From contig CANHEC010000001.1 of assembly GCA_947459455.1 (NCBI GenBank), positions 1 through 40,634 on the forward strand: DNA of 40,634 nucleotides. The letters run 5' to 3'. Positions 1 through 9,657 of this stretch are shown piece by piece. The notes under the pieces were generated by a model. The model was not told the DNA's origin. It did not search any database and saw only the letters and a program-made list of their open reading frames with translations. Within the stretch, counting starts at the first letter, position 1. Each line of letters opens with the position of its first letter. A program made the position numbers and the translations under genes. This DNA comes from Chitinophagaceae bacterium (lineage in GTDB: Bacteria > Bacteroidota > Bacteroidia > Chitinophagales > Chitinophagaceae).

Positions 1-1
1 C

Positions 2-313
2 TTTGCCCGCTGCCTGCTGTACAATCCCGCTATTCTTATACTGGACGAAGCCACCAGCAATATCGACAGCGAAAGCGAGGCGCTGATACAGCAGGCCATT
101 GATAAAATGATAGCCGGCCGCACCGCCATTGTGATAGCGCACCGCCTCAGCACCATTCGCAAGGCGCACCAAATACTGGTGCTGGACCGCGGCGAGGTAA
201 AAGAAATGGGCAGCCACGAAGCCCTGCTGGCAGCCGGCGGCCACTACGCCCGCCTGCACGAAATGCAGTTTGAACGCAAAAAGCCCCACCCGCAGGCGGT
301 GGATCAGCGATAG
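2..313 (+). CDS. ABC transporter ATP-binding protein (exporter type), C-terminal fragment; 5' end outside window
   Basis: Frame is open from base 2: [26 protein letters not shown] (Walker B/D-loop) ... VIAHRLSTI (H-loop). Confidence 0.9.
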   Translation, partial: FARCLLYNPAILILDEATSNIDSESEALIQQAIDKMIAGRTAIVIAHRLSTIRKAHQILVLDRGEVKEMGSHEALLAAGGHYARLHEMQFERKKPHPQAVDQR

Positions 314-525
314 CCGGCCCAACTTGCCCCGGCAAATACATTTATCAGGTGATCACTGCTGTCAACAGCTGCGTATAGTTTTTGCAACCTCGAGAGTTTT
401 GTATTTATTTTGATAGGGTTTCGATATAGGGATATCGAAGCATGAATCTTCAAAGCAATGTCATTCAAATGACGTAACATCCGCTTCTTAGGTCGGGAGA
501 CGTTGCTGGGAAAAAATCCTGTTTG

Positions 526-1005
526 ATGAAGAGTTATTTTATGCTACTTGGATTGTTCTTTTCTGCTTGTTTGGCATTGAAGAGTGATTGGAGTAAAACG
601 GTACGTTTGAAATATGATAATTCAACAACTGTTTGTGTTCATGACAGTGTATTAAGAATCTACCTACCGCGAGAAAAGCTGTTGAATTACTTGAGTAGTA
701 AGAAAAATTTGAATAGTTACGAGCAGTTGCTTCTGGTTAGAATAGTTGATTCCAAAGAGGATACCATTTCAATAAAGAAACCGGTAAATGGTCTTAGTCT
801 CGATGATGACGATCAAGCAGGGGTTGTTAATTGCTTTACGGCTTTGCTATCTGCCGGTGAGGCAAGCGTTTACAGCGTGAAAAAGTCCGGGTTCGTTTCA
901 GCGATTAGGGTGAGGGAGTTTAAGTCTACTTTGGGCGGTCATCAGCGGCAGTTTCTTGCTGATAGCTGTTTATTCTTCACAGAAGTATTGAGCCTGGGAG
1001 AGTAG
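526..1005 (+). CDS. Hypothetical exported protein, AT-rich relative to neighbours
   Basis: About 159 aa from the ATG at 526, with a signal-like N-terminus (MKSYFMLLGLFFSACLA). No family recognised. Confidence 0.6.
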   Translation: MKSYFMLLGLFFSACLALKSDWSKTVRLKYDNSTTVCVHDSVLRIYLPREKLLNYLSSKKNLNSYEQLLLVRIVDSKEDTISIKKPVNGLSLDDDDQAGVVNCFTALLSAGEASVYSVKKSGFVSAIRVREFKSTLGGHQRQFLADSCLFFTEVLSLGE

Positions 1006-1322
1006 CCAACATGGTTACGTTTTTTACTCCGCTGTTCGCCATTTGCAATGGCGAACGGGCTACCGGCGGTTTTGTAAACCGCACCAGGCATGAGTTGATG
1101 GCGGCTACTTTGCACAAGCGGTTCGCTCCAGCGGGTAGCAGGTGGCCATGTAATACTGCCGGGTTGTGCCCGCACCTTGCTTTGCCGGGCTGTTGCTCTG
1201 ACAGTTTGGTTGTATACAATGAAGTAGAGTGATGTCTGCTGCTGGCTGACAGCGCCGGCGATGAGTGGGTAGTAGGGCCTCCTCCGCACTTGAAAATGGC
1301 GCCAACCGATGAGGCGGCTACG

Positions 1323-1475
1323 GAGCCCCTGCCGGGCCCTGCAGCGTGGGCGATGGGCTGCGCCGCCCGACGGGCCCCGCCGCAGGCGGGGGTCTCGGCT
1401 CAGCCGAGACCGAACGAAGTGAGCCCACAGGGGGGCGTACAGCTGCCGGGGCCTGTACTACTGCTGAGAGCCCCT
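1323..1475 (+). repeat. GC-rich structured dispersed element, copy 1 (upstream of atpB)
   Basis: Aligns by eye with the reverse complement of ~37249-37408 (GGCCCTGCA..GATGGGCTGCG..GGGCCC..CCGCAG and GCTGCC.GGGCCTGTACT). Contains the perfect hairpin GGTCTCGGCT-C-AGCCGAGACC at 1391-1411. Confidence 0.7.
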
Positions 1476-1562
1476 AGTCATACTTATTTGCATTGGCTGG
1501 CAGCGGCGAAATTTTCATGGGTTTTCTTCGGCAGGCCATGCCAATGTTTGGCGCCCGGCCCG

Positions 1563-1570
1563 TACATTTG
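1563..1570 (+). promoter_or_regulatory. Bacteroidota sigma-A -7 element for the atpB operon
   Basis: TACATTTG matches TAnnTTTG, 21 nt upstream of the ATG at 1592. Confidence 0.65.
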
Positions 1571-1591
1571 CGGCCAAATTTGAGCACAGGT

Positions 1592-2719
1592 ATGGGTAGT
1601 AAGTTCCTCAAATCTTTACTGGTGGCTGCTTTCAGCGTACTGGCACTGGGCACCGCCCTGGCCGAAGAAGGTCATGCACCCGGCGAACATGCCGGCGGCG
1701 CCCATGCAGAAAAGCTGGACCCCGGTAAGGTGGTCATAGAGCACGTAACCGATGCCCATGACTTCCATTTTATGGACATTGGCGGCAAGGCCATTTCCAT
1801 TCCGCTGCCCGTGATTCTGTATGCCGAGGGCCAGTGGCATTTTTTCAGCAGTGGCAAGTTTCACCACGGCCACGAGGCACACGATGGCTTTTACCTGGTG
1901 ACTGACCACTACCTGGAGCAACTGAAGGCAGCTGGCGTAAGCACCGAAGGCCTTAAAAACCAGCAGATTGCAAAAGTAGATGCGGCAGGCCACCCCAACC
2001 TGGGCGTGACCGTGTACGACTTTAGCATGACCAAGAACGTGGTACAAATGCTGATCGCCAGCATCCTGCTCATCCTTATTATGAGCAGCATTGCCCGCAA
2101 GTATGCTAAAAATGGTCCCAACCAGGCACCCAGCGGCTTCCAGAACGCTGTGGAGCCGGTGATCACCTTTGTACGCGACGAAGTGGCCAAGCCCAACCTG
2201 GGCAAAAAGTACCAGCGCTACCTGCCGCTGCTGCTTACCATTTTCTTCTTTATTCTTATCAACAACCTGTTTGGCCTGATACCGGGCTCGGCCAACGTGA
2301 CCGGCAACCTGGCCCTGACGGCCGTGCTGGCGCTGGTTTCGTTCGTGGTGATCCTGTTCAGCACCAACAAGCATTTCTGGGGCCACGTATTCTGGTTTCC
2401 GGGTGTGCCGGTGCCGGTTAAGTTCATCATGATGCCGGTGGAACTGATGGGCATCTTCACCAAGCCCTTCGCTCTCATGATTCGTTTGTTTGCCAACATG
2501 GTGGCAGGCCACGTTATCATCCTCAGCTTTATCATCCTCATTTTCATATTCGGCGCTATGAATGCGGCCCTGGGCTATGGCACCAGTCCCATATTTGTAG
2601 CACTGGCGGTGTTCATTTATGCCATCGAAGTGCTGGTAGCTTTCATCCAGGCCTTCATTTTCACCAACCTTACGGCGGTGTTTATCGGTCAGGCGTTTGA
2701 GCATGGTGACCACCATTAG
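1592..2719 (+). CDS. atpB: F0F1 ATP synthase subunit a
   Basis: KPFALMIRLFANMVAGH (essential Arg) and EVLVAFIQAFIF. N-terminal signal peptide plus His-rich extension typical of Bacteroidota. Start moved to 1592, downstream of the promoter. Confidence 0.97.
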   Translation: MGSKFLKSLLVAAFSVLALGTALAEEGHAPGEHAGGAHAEKLDPGKVVIEHVTDAHDFHFMDIGGKAISIPLPVILYAEGQWHFFSSGKFHHGHEAHDGFYLVTDHYLEQLKAAGVSTEGLKNQQIAKVDAAGHPNLGVTVYDFSMTKNVVQMLIASILLILIMSSIARKYAKNGPNQAPSGFQNAVEPVITFVRDEVAKPNLGKKYQRYLPLLLTIFFFILINNLFGLIPGSANVTGNLALTAVLALVSFVVILFSTNKHFWGHVFWFPGVPVPVKFIMMPVELMGIFTKPFALMIRLFANMVAGHVIILSFIILIFIFGAMNAALGYGTSPIFVALAVFIYAIEVLVAFIQAFIFTNLTAVFIGQAFEHGDHH

Positions 2720-2723
2720 GAGT

Positions 2724-2807
2724 AATGGTGAATGGTGAATGATGAATGGTGAATGATGAATTGGGAATGAGGAATGATGAATTATGAATTCTGAATGAGG
2801 AATGGGT
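2724..2807 (+). repeat. Degenerate 7-bp tandem repeat, 12 units (AATGGTG/AATGATG/AATGAGG...)
   Basis: Twelve in-phase heptamers, each starting with AAT, directly after the atpB stop. Confidence 0.9.
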
Positions 2808-2812
2808 TTCGG

Positions 2813-2854
2813 CCTCGACCTCAACCTCAACCTTGACCTCGACCTCGACCTCGA
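2813..2854 (+). repeat. 6-bp tandem repeat, 7 units (CCTYRA)
   Basis: CCTCGA CCTCAA CCTCAA CCTTGA CCTCGA CCTCGA CCTCGA. Confidence 0.9.
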
Positions 2855-2900
2855 CAAGTGCTGCGGGAGCAGAATAAGAACTAGGATTTTTTCATTTTAA

Positions 2901-3161
<261 letters not shown>

Positions 3162-3184
3162 TTAGCTCCGTACATCGACCTTGG

Positions 3185-3226
3185 CAACTGCGCCCTGGCA
3201 CAGGGCGAAAGGCGCAGTTGTTTTTT
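3185..3226 (+). terminator. Stem-loop with U-tract between atpE and atpF
   Basis: CAACTGCGCC (3185-3194) pairs with GGCGCAGTTG (3211-3220), followed by TTTTTT. Confidence 0.6.
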
Positions 3227-3281
3227 CTCTGCCTTTTATCTTCCTTCAAGAAGCTATACAAACCGACAAAACTTTTTCAAT

Positions 3282-3770
3282 ATGCTCGACGTAGGATTAG
3301 GCCTCTTTGCCTGGAACCTCATCGCATTTCTGGTAGTACTGTTGCTGTTGCGCAAGTTTGCCTGGAAACCCATCATCAGCAGCCTGAACGAACGCGAAAG
3401 CAAAATAGCTGACAGCATTGCTACTGCCGACCGTGTAAAGGCGGAAATGGCCCAGCTGCAAAGCGAAAACGAAGCCCTGATGGCCAAGGCCCGTGAAGAG
3501 CGTGCTGCCATTTTGAAAGAGGCCAAGGAAACCAGCGACAAAATGATCAACGAGGCCAAAGAAAAGGCCAAGCTGGAAGCTAACAAGATCATTGCGGATG
3601 CACAGCTGGCTATCAACAACCAAAAGATGGCTGCCCTGACCGACGTGAAAAACCAGGTAGGTGCACTGGTGATAGACGTAGCCGAAAAAGTGCTGCGCCG
3701 CGAACTGAGCAATAAGGCAGAGCAGGAAGCCTACATTGCCAAGATGAGCAACGACGTCACCTTGAATTAA
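3282..3770 (+). CDS. atpF: F0F1 ATP synthase subunit b
   Basis: N-terminal TM, KFAWKPIISSLNERE motif, long coiled coil, and position in the operon. Confidence 0.95.
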   Translation: MLDVGLGLFAWNLIAFLVVLLLLRKFAWKPIISSLNERESKIADSIATADRVKAEMAQLQSENEALMAKAREERAAILKEAKETSDKMINEAKEKAKLEANKIIADAQLAINNQKMAALTDVKNQVGALVIDVAEKVLRRELSNKAEQEAYIAKMSNDVTLN

Positions 3771-3809
3771 TTACCTGCTGCTTCTCCTCATCATTGTATT
3801 TCCTTTTAT

Positions 3810-4373
3810 ATGCAAAATCCTCGTTTAGCCGCCCGCTACGCCAAAAGCCTGATAGATATAGCTGTGGAGCAAAAGCAGCTGGAAGAGGTGAAGGCCGAAG
3901 TAGACCGCTTTATCAGCTTTGCCAGGGTGAGCCCTGAGTTTCGCACTTTGTTTAAGAGCCCCATTATCAGCAGCGATAAAAAGCTGGCGATATTGGCCGA
4001 GCTGAACAAAGGGCAGGGGCATCCCATTCTCAGTGGCTTTATTCGCCTGCTGGTAAGCAAGGGCCGCGAAAAAGTGGTGAATGAAATACTGGAAGCCTTT
4101 ATTCAGCAGTACGAAACGCTGAAGGGTATTCATCGGGTAAAGATCACCACCGCCCAGCCGCTGGCCGCCGAAGTGAAGGCCAGCCTGCTGAATAAAATAA
4201 AAACCGATACCGGCATTGACAAAGTAGAACTGACTGAGTTGGTGAAGGAAGAAATCATTGGTGGCTTTATACTGGAGTACGACAACAAGCGGGTGGATGC
4301 CAGCATCCAGCGAGACCTGCGAGATGTGAAGCGCCAGTTTTTCTCGAACGATTATATCTTCAACATCCGATAA
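3810..4373 (+). CDS. atpH: F1 ATP synthase subunit delta
   Basis: AARYAKSL N-terminus and IIGGFILEYDNKRVDASI C-terminus. Confidence 0.95.
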   Translation: MQNPRLAARYAKSLIDIAVEQKQLEEVKAEVDRFISFARVSPEFRTLFKSPIISSDKKLAILAELNKGQGHPILSGFIRLLVSKGREKVVNEILEAFIQQYETLKGIHRVKITTAQPLAAEVKASLLNKIKTDTGIDKVELTELVKEEIIGGFILEYDNKRVDASIQRDLRDVKRQFFSNDYIFNIR

Positions 4374-4376
4374 ATG

Positions 4377-4406
4377 AAAAGCCCGGTCTAAATGGCCGGG
4401 CTTTTT
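4377..4406. terminator. Bidirectional intrinsic terminator ending atpBEFH and the CBS gene
   Basis: AAAAGCCCGG-TCTAAATGG-CCGGGCTTTTT between convergent genes. Confidence 0.85.
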
Positions 4407-4435
4407 GTTGGGGCTATTTTACACAGCTACTGTGC

Positions 4436-4864
4436 TTAGCTGCCGCTGATGTATTGTTCCAGGTGGCTGATGGTTTCTTGCTGGCGTTTCATTTTGGCTG
4501 CCACCACATCACTCATAGAAATGATGCCGGCCAGTTGGCCTTCGGCAAAAACGGGCAGGTATCGAATGTGCTTTTCACTCATCAGCTCCATGCATTTGTC
4601 AATATTATCGGCCGGGCTCAGGCTGGGCAGGTCGGTACTCATGATTTCGCCGGCCGTGGTATCGGTCGAGTTTTTCCCTTTCAAAATCACTTTGCGGGAG
4701 TAGTCGCGTTCGGTAACGATGCCCTGGTACTGGCCGTGGGCTACCACTACTACCGAACCAATATTGCGGTCGGCCATCAGGCGCAATGCGTCGATCACCG
4801 GGGTGGCCGGATCTATTTGTACTACCTGGCTGCCTTTGCGGCTGAGGATGTCGGCTACTTTCAT
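4436..4864 (-). CDS. CBS domain-containing protein
   Basis: MKVADILSRKG..MADRNIGSVVV..GIVTERDY..IRYLPV..GIISMSDVV, a tandem CBS pair. Start placed at 4864. Confidence 0.92.
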   Translation of the reverse strand: MKVADILSRKGSQVVQIDPATPVIDALRLMADRNIGSVVVVAHGQYQGIVTERDYSRKVILKGKNSTDTTAGEIMSTDLPSLSPADNIDKCMELMSEKHIRYLPVFAEGQLAGIISMSDVVAAKMKRQQETISHLEQYISGS

Positions 4865-4975
4865 GGGCGTTGTTTTTTTAAGGGGTGGATAGTTAAGGTA
4901 GTGGATGCCCGCCAAAAAAGCTGCGCTTGCGCAGGAATCAGCGTCGAAAAATTCCAATAAAAAAATTTGTATCAT

Positions 4976-5009
4976 AGTTTGGTTTATAAAATAAACTGAT
5001 CTATGTTTG
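4976..5009 (+). promoter_or_regulatory. Promoter (-7 TATGTTTG) with an adjacent imperfect palindrome, candidate operator
   Basis: AGTTTGGTTTATAAAATAAACT (4976-4997) is an imperfect palindrome. TATGTTTG at 5002-5009. Confidence 0.5.
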
Positions 5010-5031
5010 CCCTGTCAACGAACCAAAACAC

Positions 5032-7248
5032 ATGAAACGCCTCACACTAATCGTAGCGATCCTCGGTGCCAGCATCACACTATTGGCCCAAACCACCACC
5101 CTCACCGGCACCGTACTTGATCAGCGCAAGCGGCCCATTTCCGGGGCCAGCGTGTCTATCAAAGACAGCTACGATGGTACCAGCACCGACAGCCTCGGCC
5201 AGTTTCGGTTTACTACTACCGAAACCGGCAATCACACCCTCAGCATTACGTATACAGGCTACAAAGCATGGGAGCAGCCGGTGAACCTCGCCGGCGCTCC
5301 TCTCAGCTTTGCGGTGCAGCTAAAAGAAGACCAGAACGAGCTGACCGCCGTGGTGATAACGGCCGGCAGCTTTGAAGCCAGCGACATCAAGCGGGCCACC
5401 GCCCTGAAACCGCTGGATATAGTGACCACCGCCAGCGCCAATGCCGATGTGGCAGCCGCCATGCGCACCCTGCCGGGCACCCAGCAGGTGGGCGAAAGCG
5501 CTGAGCTATTTGTACGTGGGGGAGAGGGCTTTGAAACCCGTCAGTTTATAGATGGCACCACGGTACCCAACCCGTTTTTTGGTCAGGCGCCCAATATTGC
5601 CAGCCGCGGTCGGTTTTCGCCCTTCCTGTTCAAGGGCACGGTGTTTAGCACCGGCGGCTATTCGGCACTGTACGGTCAGGCTTTATCGTCGGCCCTTATT
5701 CTGGAGTCGATTGATCTGCCGGAGCGATCGGCTGCCAGCGCATCTTTGTCGCCCATATTTGCCAGCGGCCAATACCAGCACCTGGCCAAAGACAAAAAGA
5801 GCAGCTGGGGCGGTAGTGCAGGCTACACTTTTCTGGGGCCTTACTTCAAAATAATCAGGCAGCGCCCCGATTATTTTCAGGCGCCGCAAATCTTCAGCAG
5901 CGATGCCAATTTCCGGATCAAAACATCGGCTACGGGCATGCTCAAGTTTTTTGGCAGCTACGCCAATCAGCAATTGGGCCTGCGCAATCCCGATATCGAC
6001 CAAACGCAGTTGAAGAATGCCTTCTCGCTGAACAATGACAACATTTACACCAACCTGGCCTACCGCGAACGCCTGGCCAATCGCCTGAAGCTGCAGGCAG
6101 GATTGAGCTATGCACTCAACCGCGACAACATTGCGCAGGCGGTGCAGGATGGCAACAACCAACCGGTGACCAGCGGACTGCCGTGGTACGTAGCAGCCAA
6201 AAACTTTGGTCTGAATAGCCGCAGTACCCTGGTGCAGGCCCGCAGCGTGCTGGAGTACAAGCTCACCGGCCTCAGCGGCATCAAAGCCGGCGGCGAGTAT
6301 TGGTACAGCAAAGACCGCAGCAGTTTTAATGGACGTACGGCACAAATAACCGACCACTACAGCAGTGTATTTGCCGAAGCCGATGTGTACCTGAGTAACC
6401 GACTGGCTGGCCGCGCCGGGCTGCGGGCCGAGCACAGCAGCCTGCTGAATGCTACCAACCTGGCGCCCCGTGCATCGCTGGCTTACAAGCTGGGTGGCAG
6501 CGCACAGCTCACGGCCGACTATGGCATTTTTTACCAAAAGCCCCAAAGCCAGTTTTTGCTGCTGCAGCAAGACCTGCCGCAAATGCGGGCCGACCACTAC
6601 ATCCTGACGTATCAGAAAATTGCTGTCAACCAGGTGTTCCGGATGCAGCTGTTTCACAAGGGCTATAAGCAACTGCTGAAGACCTGGCCCGACACCAGTG
6701 CTAGCGGCAATGGATATGCCCGCGGTTTCGAGCTGTTTTGGAGAGATAAAATCAGTCTCAAAAACTTCGACTACTGGATTACTTATTCGTACCTCGATAC
6801 CAAGCGTGACTACCTGAATTTTCCTTATAGTATGCAACCAAATTTTGCGGCCAACCACACGGCCAACCTGGTGGTGAAGCGCTTTTTCACCAAAATGAAA
6901 ACACAGTTCAACCTGAACTACCAGTTTGCCACCGGCCGGCCGTACTACAACCTGGCGTTTAGCAGCACAGAACAAAAATGGACGGTGCAGGATGCCGGCA
7001 AGACCATTGCTTTCAATAACCTGAGTGTAAGTGTAAACTACCTCACCAATATTGGCAAAGCCTTTGGTGTCATTGTTTTCAGCATGAACAATGTGCTGAA
7101 CAGCAAGCAGGTATTTGGCTACAACTACAGCTTTGATGGCAGCAACAAAGTAGCGGTAGTACCGCCTGCTAATCGGTTTGTATTTCTCGGCATTTTCCTC
7201 AGCTGGGGCACCGATCGTACCCAGGACGCTATCAACAACAACCTCTGA
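5032..7248 (+). CDS. TonB-dependent receptor with carboxypeptidase-regulatory-like N-terminal domain
   Basis: Signal peptide, TGTVLDQ..PISGASV N-domain, plug motif LFVRGGEGFET..IDG, and beta-barrel patterning. Confidence 0.9.
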   Translation: MKRLTLIVAILGASITLLAQTTTLTGTVLDQRKRPISGASVSIKDSYDGTSTDSLGQFRFTTTETGNHTLSITYTGYKAWEQPVNLAGAPLSFAVQLKEDQNELTAVVITAGSFEASDIKRATALKPLDIVTTASANADVAAAMRTLPGTQQVGESAELFVRGGEGFETRQFIDGTTVPNPFFGQAPNIASRGRFSPFLFKGTVFSTGGYSALYGQALSSALILESIDLPERSAASASLSPIFASGQYQHLAKDKKSSWGGSAGYTFLGPYFKIIRQRPDYFQAPQIFSSDANFRIKTSATGMLKFFGSYANQQLGLRNPDIDQTQLKNAFSLNNDNIYTNLAYRERLANRLKLQAGLSYALNRDNIAQAVQDGNNQPVTSGLPWYVAAKNFGLNSRSTLVQARSVLEYKLTGLSGIKAGGEYWYSKDRSSFNGRTAQITDHYSSVFAEADVYLSNRLAGRAGLRAEHSSLLNATNLAPRASLAYKLGGSAQLTADYGIFYQKPQSQFLLLQQDLPQMRADHYILTYQKIAVNQVFRMQLFHKGYKQLLKTWPDTSASGNGYARGFELFWRDKISLKNFDYWITYSYLDTKRDYLNFPYSMQPNFAANHTANLVVKRFFTKMKTQFNLNYQFATGRPYYNLAFSSTEQKWTVQDAGKTIAFNNLSVSVNYLTNIGKAFGVIVFSMNNVLNSKQVFGYNYSFDGSNKVAVVPPANRFVFLGIFLSWGTDRTQDAINNNL

Positions 7249-7293
7249 TTTTTCTGTTCCTCATTCATTCACCTTCTACAAAAACCAACGCAT

Positions 7294-7578
7294 ATGAACC
7301 TGCAACCTGACGCACAAAAAGACCAGCAACTTTGGGAACAGGCCCGCCAGCGGGCTGCTTTCAAAAAGAGCCTGACTGCTTATGTATTAGTCAACTTTTT
7401 TTTAGTGGGTATCTGGTACTTCAGCAACGGCGGCTATCGCGGCTATTTCTGGCCTATATGGCCCATGCTGGGCTGGGGTCTTGGCCTGGCGTTTCAGTAT
7501 GCTTCGGCCTATCATGGCAATCAATTTTTCTCGACCGAAAAAGAGTTTGAGCAACTCAAGCGGAAGCAACAGCCTTGA
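7294..7578 (+). CDS. 2TM domain-containing protein
   Basis: YVLVNFFLVGIW...FWPIWPMLGWGLGLAF, the characteristic 2TM motif. Confidence 0.88.
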   Translation: MNLQPDAQKDQQLWEQARQRAAFKKSLTAYVLVNFFLVGIWYFSNGGYRGYFWPIWPMLGWGLGLAFQYASAYHGNQFFSTEKEFEQLKRKQQP

Positions 7579-7638
7579 TGCCATTTTCAACACGTTCTCC
7601 TTATCCATTTTTCAAATAAATCACACGCCACAAAAACC

Positions 7639-8295
7639 ATGTTTATGAAAAAGATGCTGCTACTGATGATGAGTGCCGGCCTGCTGCTGGCTGCCCATGC
7701 CCAAAACGAAAAGTATGTGGGCTACATGAAAAAGACCCTGGCTCAGCTGGACTCGGCCACTACACCCGATGCCCTTCAGCAAGTAGCCAACTCTTTTGAG
7801 CGCATTGCCAATGCCGAAAAAGGCGAATGGCAACCGGGCTACTATGGTGCCTATGCCCTGGTGATGAAAGCCTTTTATATGCAGGAGCTGAAAGAAGTAG
7901 ATGCCACCTGCGATAAAGCAGATGCTATGCTGGCGCTGGCCGAAAGCATTGCTGGCATGAAAAATTCTGAGATCCTGACCTTGAAATCGATGGTGCTGAC
8001 GGCCCGCATGCGGGTAGATGGCAGCCGCGGTATGACGATGGGCCCCAAGGCCACGCAGCTACTGCAGCAAGCCCTGCAGGGACAGCCCGCCAGCAATCCA
8101 AGGGCCATGGTGCAAATGGCGCAAATGCTGTTTTATACGCCCCCGGCATTTGGGGGTGGCAAAGAGGCCGGCATTGAGTGGCTGAAGAAAGGCATTGCTG
8201 CCTACGAGACCTTTAAGCCCGCCACCGAACTGGACCCTACCTGGGGCAAGCCCTATGCCGAAGGATTGCTGCAGCAGTGGACTGCTGGCAAATAG
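7639..8295 (+). CDS. Exported TPR-like helical protein
   Basis: Signal peptide and helical repeats (ANSFERIA..EWQPGYY; NPRA..FYTPPAFGGG; PTWG). Confidence 0.75.
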   Translation: MFMKKMLLLMMSAGLLLAAHAQNEKYVGYMKKTLAQLDSATTPDALQQVANSFERIANAEKGEWQPGYYGAYALVMKAFYMQELKEVDATCDKADAMLALAESIAGMKNSEILTLKSMVLTARMRVDGSRGMTMGPKATQLLQQALQGQPASNPRAMVQMAQMLFYTPPAFGGGKEAGIEWLKKGIAAYETFKPATELDPTWGKPYAEGLLQQWTAGK

Positions 8296-8314
8296 TGGAA
8301 ATTCTTGTGTATAA

Positions 8315-8345
8315 GTAGCCGCCAGCCACGTGGCTGGGCGGCTAC
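8315..8345. terminator. GC-rich stem-loop after the TPR gene
   Basis: GTAGCCGCCAGCC-ACGT-GGCTGGGCGGCTAC. The U-tract is weak. Confidence 0.5.
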
Positions 8346-8395
8346 CTTCACTTGCCGTTTAGTTTTTATTTGGCGACCATAATGTTGCAATAGCC

Positions 8396-8986
8396 ATGGA
8401 GGATAAAACACTATCAAGTGCAGCAAGCCTGCAGTTGATAGATTCGATGATCAACAAGGCCCGCAACCGTTTTTCGGAAAACGGGCACCTGTACCTGGTA
8501 TGGGGCTGGTCTATTTTTTTTATTACGCTGGCGCAGTTTTTTATCATTCGCTACCAGCTGCTTGCAAAGCCTCAGTTGCTGTGGATGCTCACGTTTGTGC
8601 CCTGGCTGTACATGATGATTTACCTGCGCAAAAAGCAGCACACCGAAACGGTACGTACCTACACCGAGGAGATTACCGGCTATGTGTGGCTGGTATTTGT
8701 AGCTATGATGTTTTTGAATGGGCTGATACTGGGCAAAGCCAAGGCTTTTCAGGCAATATTGCCGCTTACGCTGGTGCTGTATGGTATGCCCACCACCATT
8801 AGTGGCATCGTACTGCGGTTCAGGCCACTGGTGCTGGGCGGTGCCGCTTGCGGCCTGCTGGCTATTGGCAGCTTGTTTGCCGATTATGCGCACCAGCATT
8901 TGTTTTTATCGGCTGCGGTAGCAGCTGCTTGGATATTGCCGGGCTATCTGCTGCGTCGGCGGTATCGCACCCTTTTGCAGCACTAG
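8396..8986 (+). CDS. Hypothetical multi-pass membrane protein (paralog 1)
   Basis: About 6 hydrophobic segments. SLQLIDSMINKAR / LYGMPT / WILPGYLL are shared with the next gene. Confidence 0.8.
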   Translation: MEDKTLSSAASLQLIDSMINKARNRFSENGHLYLVWGWSIFFITLAQFFIIRYQLLAKPQLLWMLTFVPWLYMMIYLRKKQHTETVRTYTEEITGYVWLVFVAMMFLNGLILGKAKAFQAILPLTLVLYGMPTTISGIVLRFRPLVLGGAACGLLAIGSLFADYAHQHLFLSAAVAAAWILPGYLLRRRYRTLLQH

Positions 8987-9001
8987 CAAAACGACGATAC
9001 A

Positions 9002-9652
9002 ATGGAAGAAAAGCAAATGAGTGAATTGGAGAGCCTGCAGGTCATCAGTACCATGATCCAGAAGGCTAAAACATCGTACCACGACAAGGGTACCGGGGCG
9101 ATGCTTTGGGGGGTGGTCATCACCGTGTGTTCGCTTTCTACCTGGGCGCAGCTCCATTACAAGTACGAGCTACCATTTGATATTTGGTTACTGACGGTGG
9201 TGGCTGTGGTACCCACCATCATACTGAGTATACGCGAAGGACGCCGCCGCAAAGTGAAGGGCTACGACGAAACAGCCATGAATTGGGTGTGGACCTGTTT
9301 TGGCATTGCTATTTTTTTAACCGTGCATGCCAACAATGCAGTAAGCGCCGCTTTTGGTGACATCAAAGATGCTGTAGAGGCTGCAGGGGGCGCCCGGCCG
9401 GCCATTTACTATTCCGATTACTCTTCGGCTTTTATGCTCATGGTATACGGTATACCTACGCTCGTTAGTGCAGGCATCAAAAACTTTAAGCCCATGCTCA
9501 TAGGTGGCATTGTATGCTGGCTCAGCGCTATTGCTGTCGTTTATACCGATCGGGCTACCGATATGCTGCTCATGGCCCTGTCGGCTACTTGTGCCTGGCT
9601 CATTCCCGGAATCATTCTGTATGTAAAAAGCCGCAAACTGCAAGCCGCTTAG
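9002..9652 (+). CDS. Hypothetical multi-pass membrane protein (paralog 2)
   Basis: SLQVISTMIQKAK / VYGIPT / WLIPGIIL. Confidence 0.8.
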   Translation: MEEKQMSELESLQVISTMIQKAKTSYHDKGTGAMLWGVVITVCSLSTWAQLHYKYELPFDIWLLTVVAVVPTIILSIREGRRRKVKGYDETAMNWVWTCFGIAIFLTVHANNAVSAAFGDIKDAVEAAGGARPAIYYSDYSSAFMLMVYGIPTLVSAGIKNFKPMLIGGIVCWLSAIAVVYTDRATDMLLMALSATCAWLIPGIILYVKSRKLQAA

Positions 9653-9657
9653 ATCAA

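Noticed and set aside
1290-1583. Short ORFs sharing LPGPVLL (1290-1583 and 37094-37378) as paralogous peptides
   Set aside because: The similarity comes from the shared DNA repeat. Both ORFs run over predicted promoters and have low-complexity composition.
2724-2854. CRISPR array
   Set aside because: The units are 6-7 bp with no spacers, and no cas genes are present.
1616-2857. 413-aa antisense ORF with an SR/His-rich N-terminus
   Set aside because: Shadow of atpB. Its odd N-terminus is only the translation of the tandem repeats.
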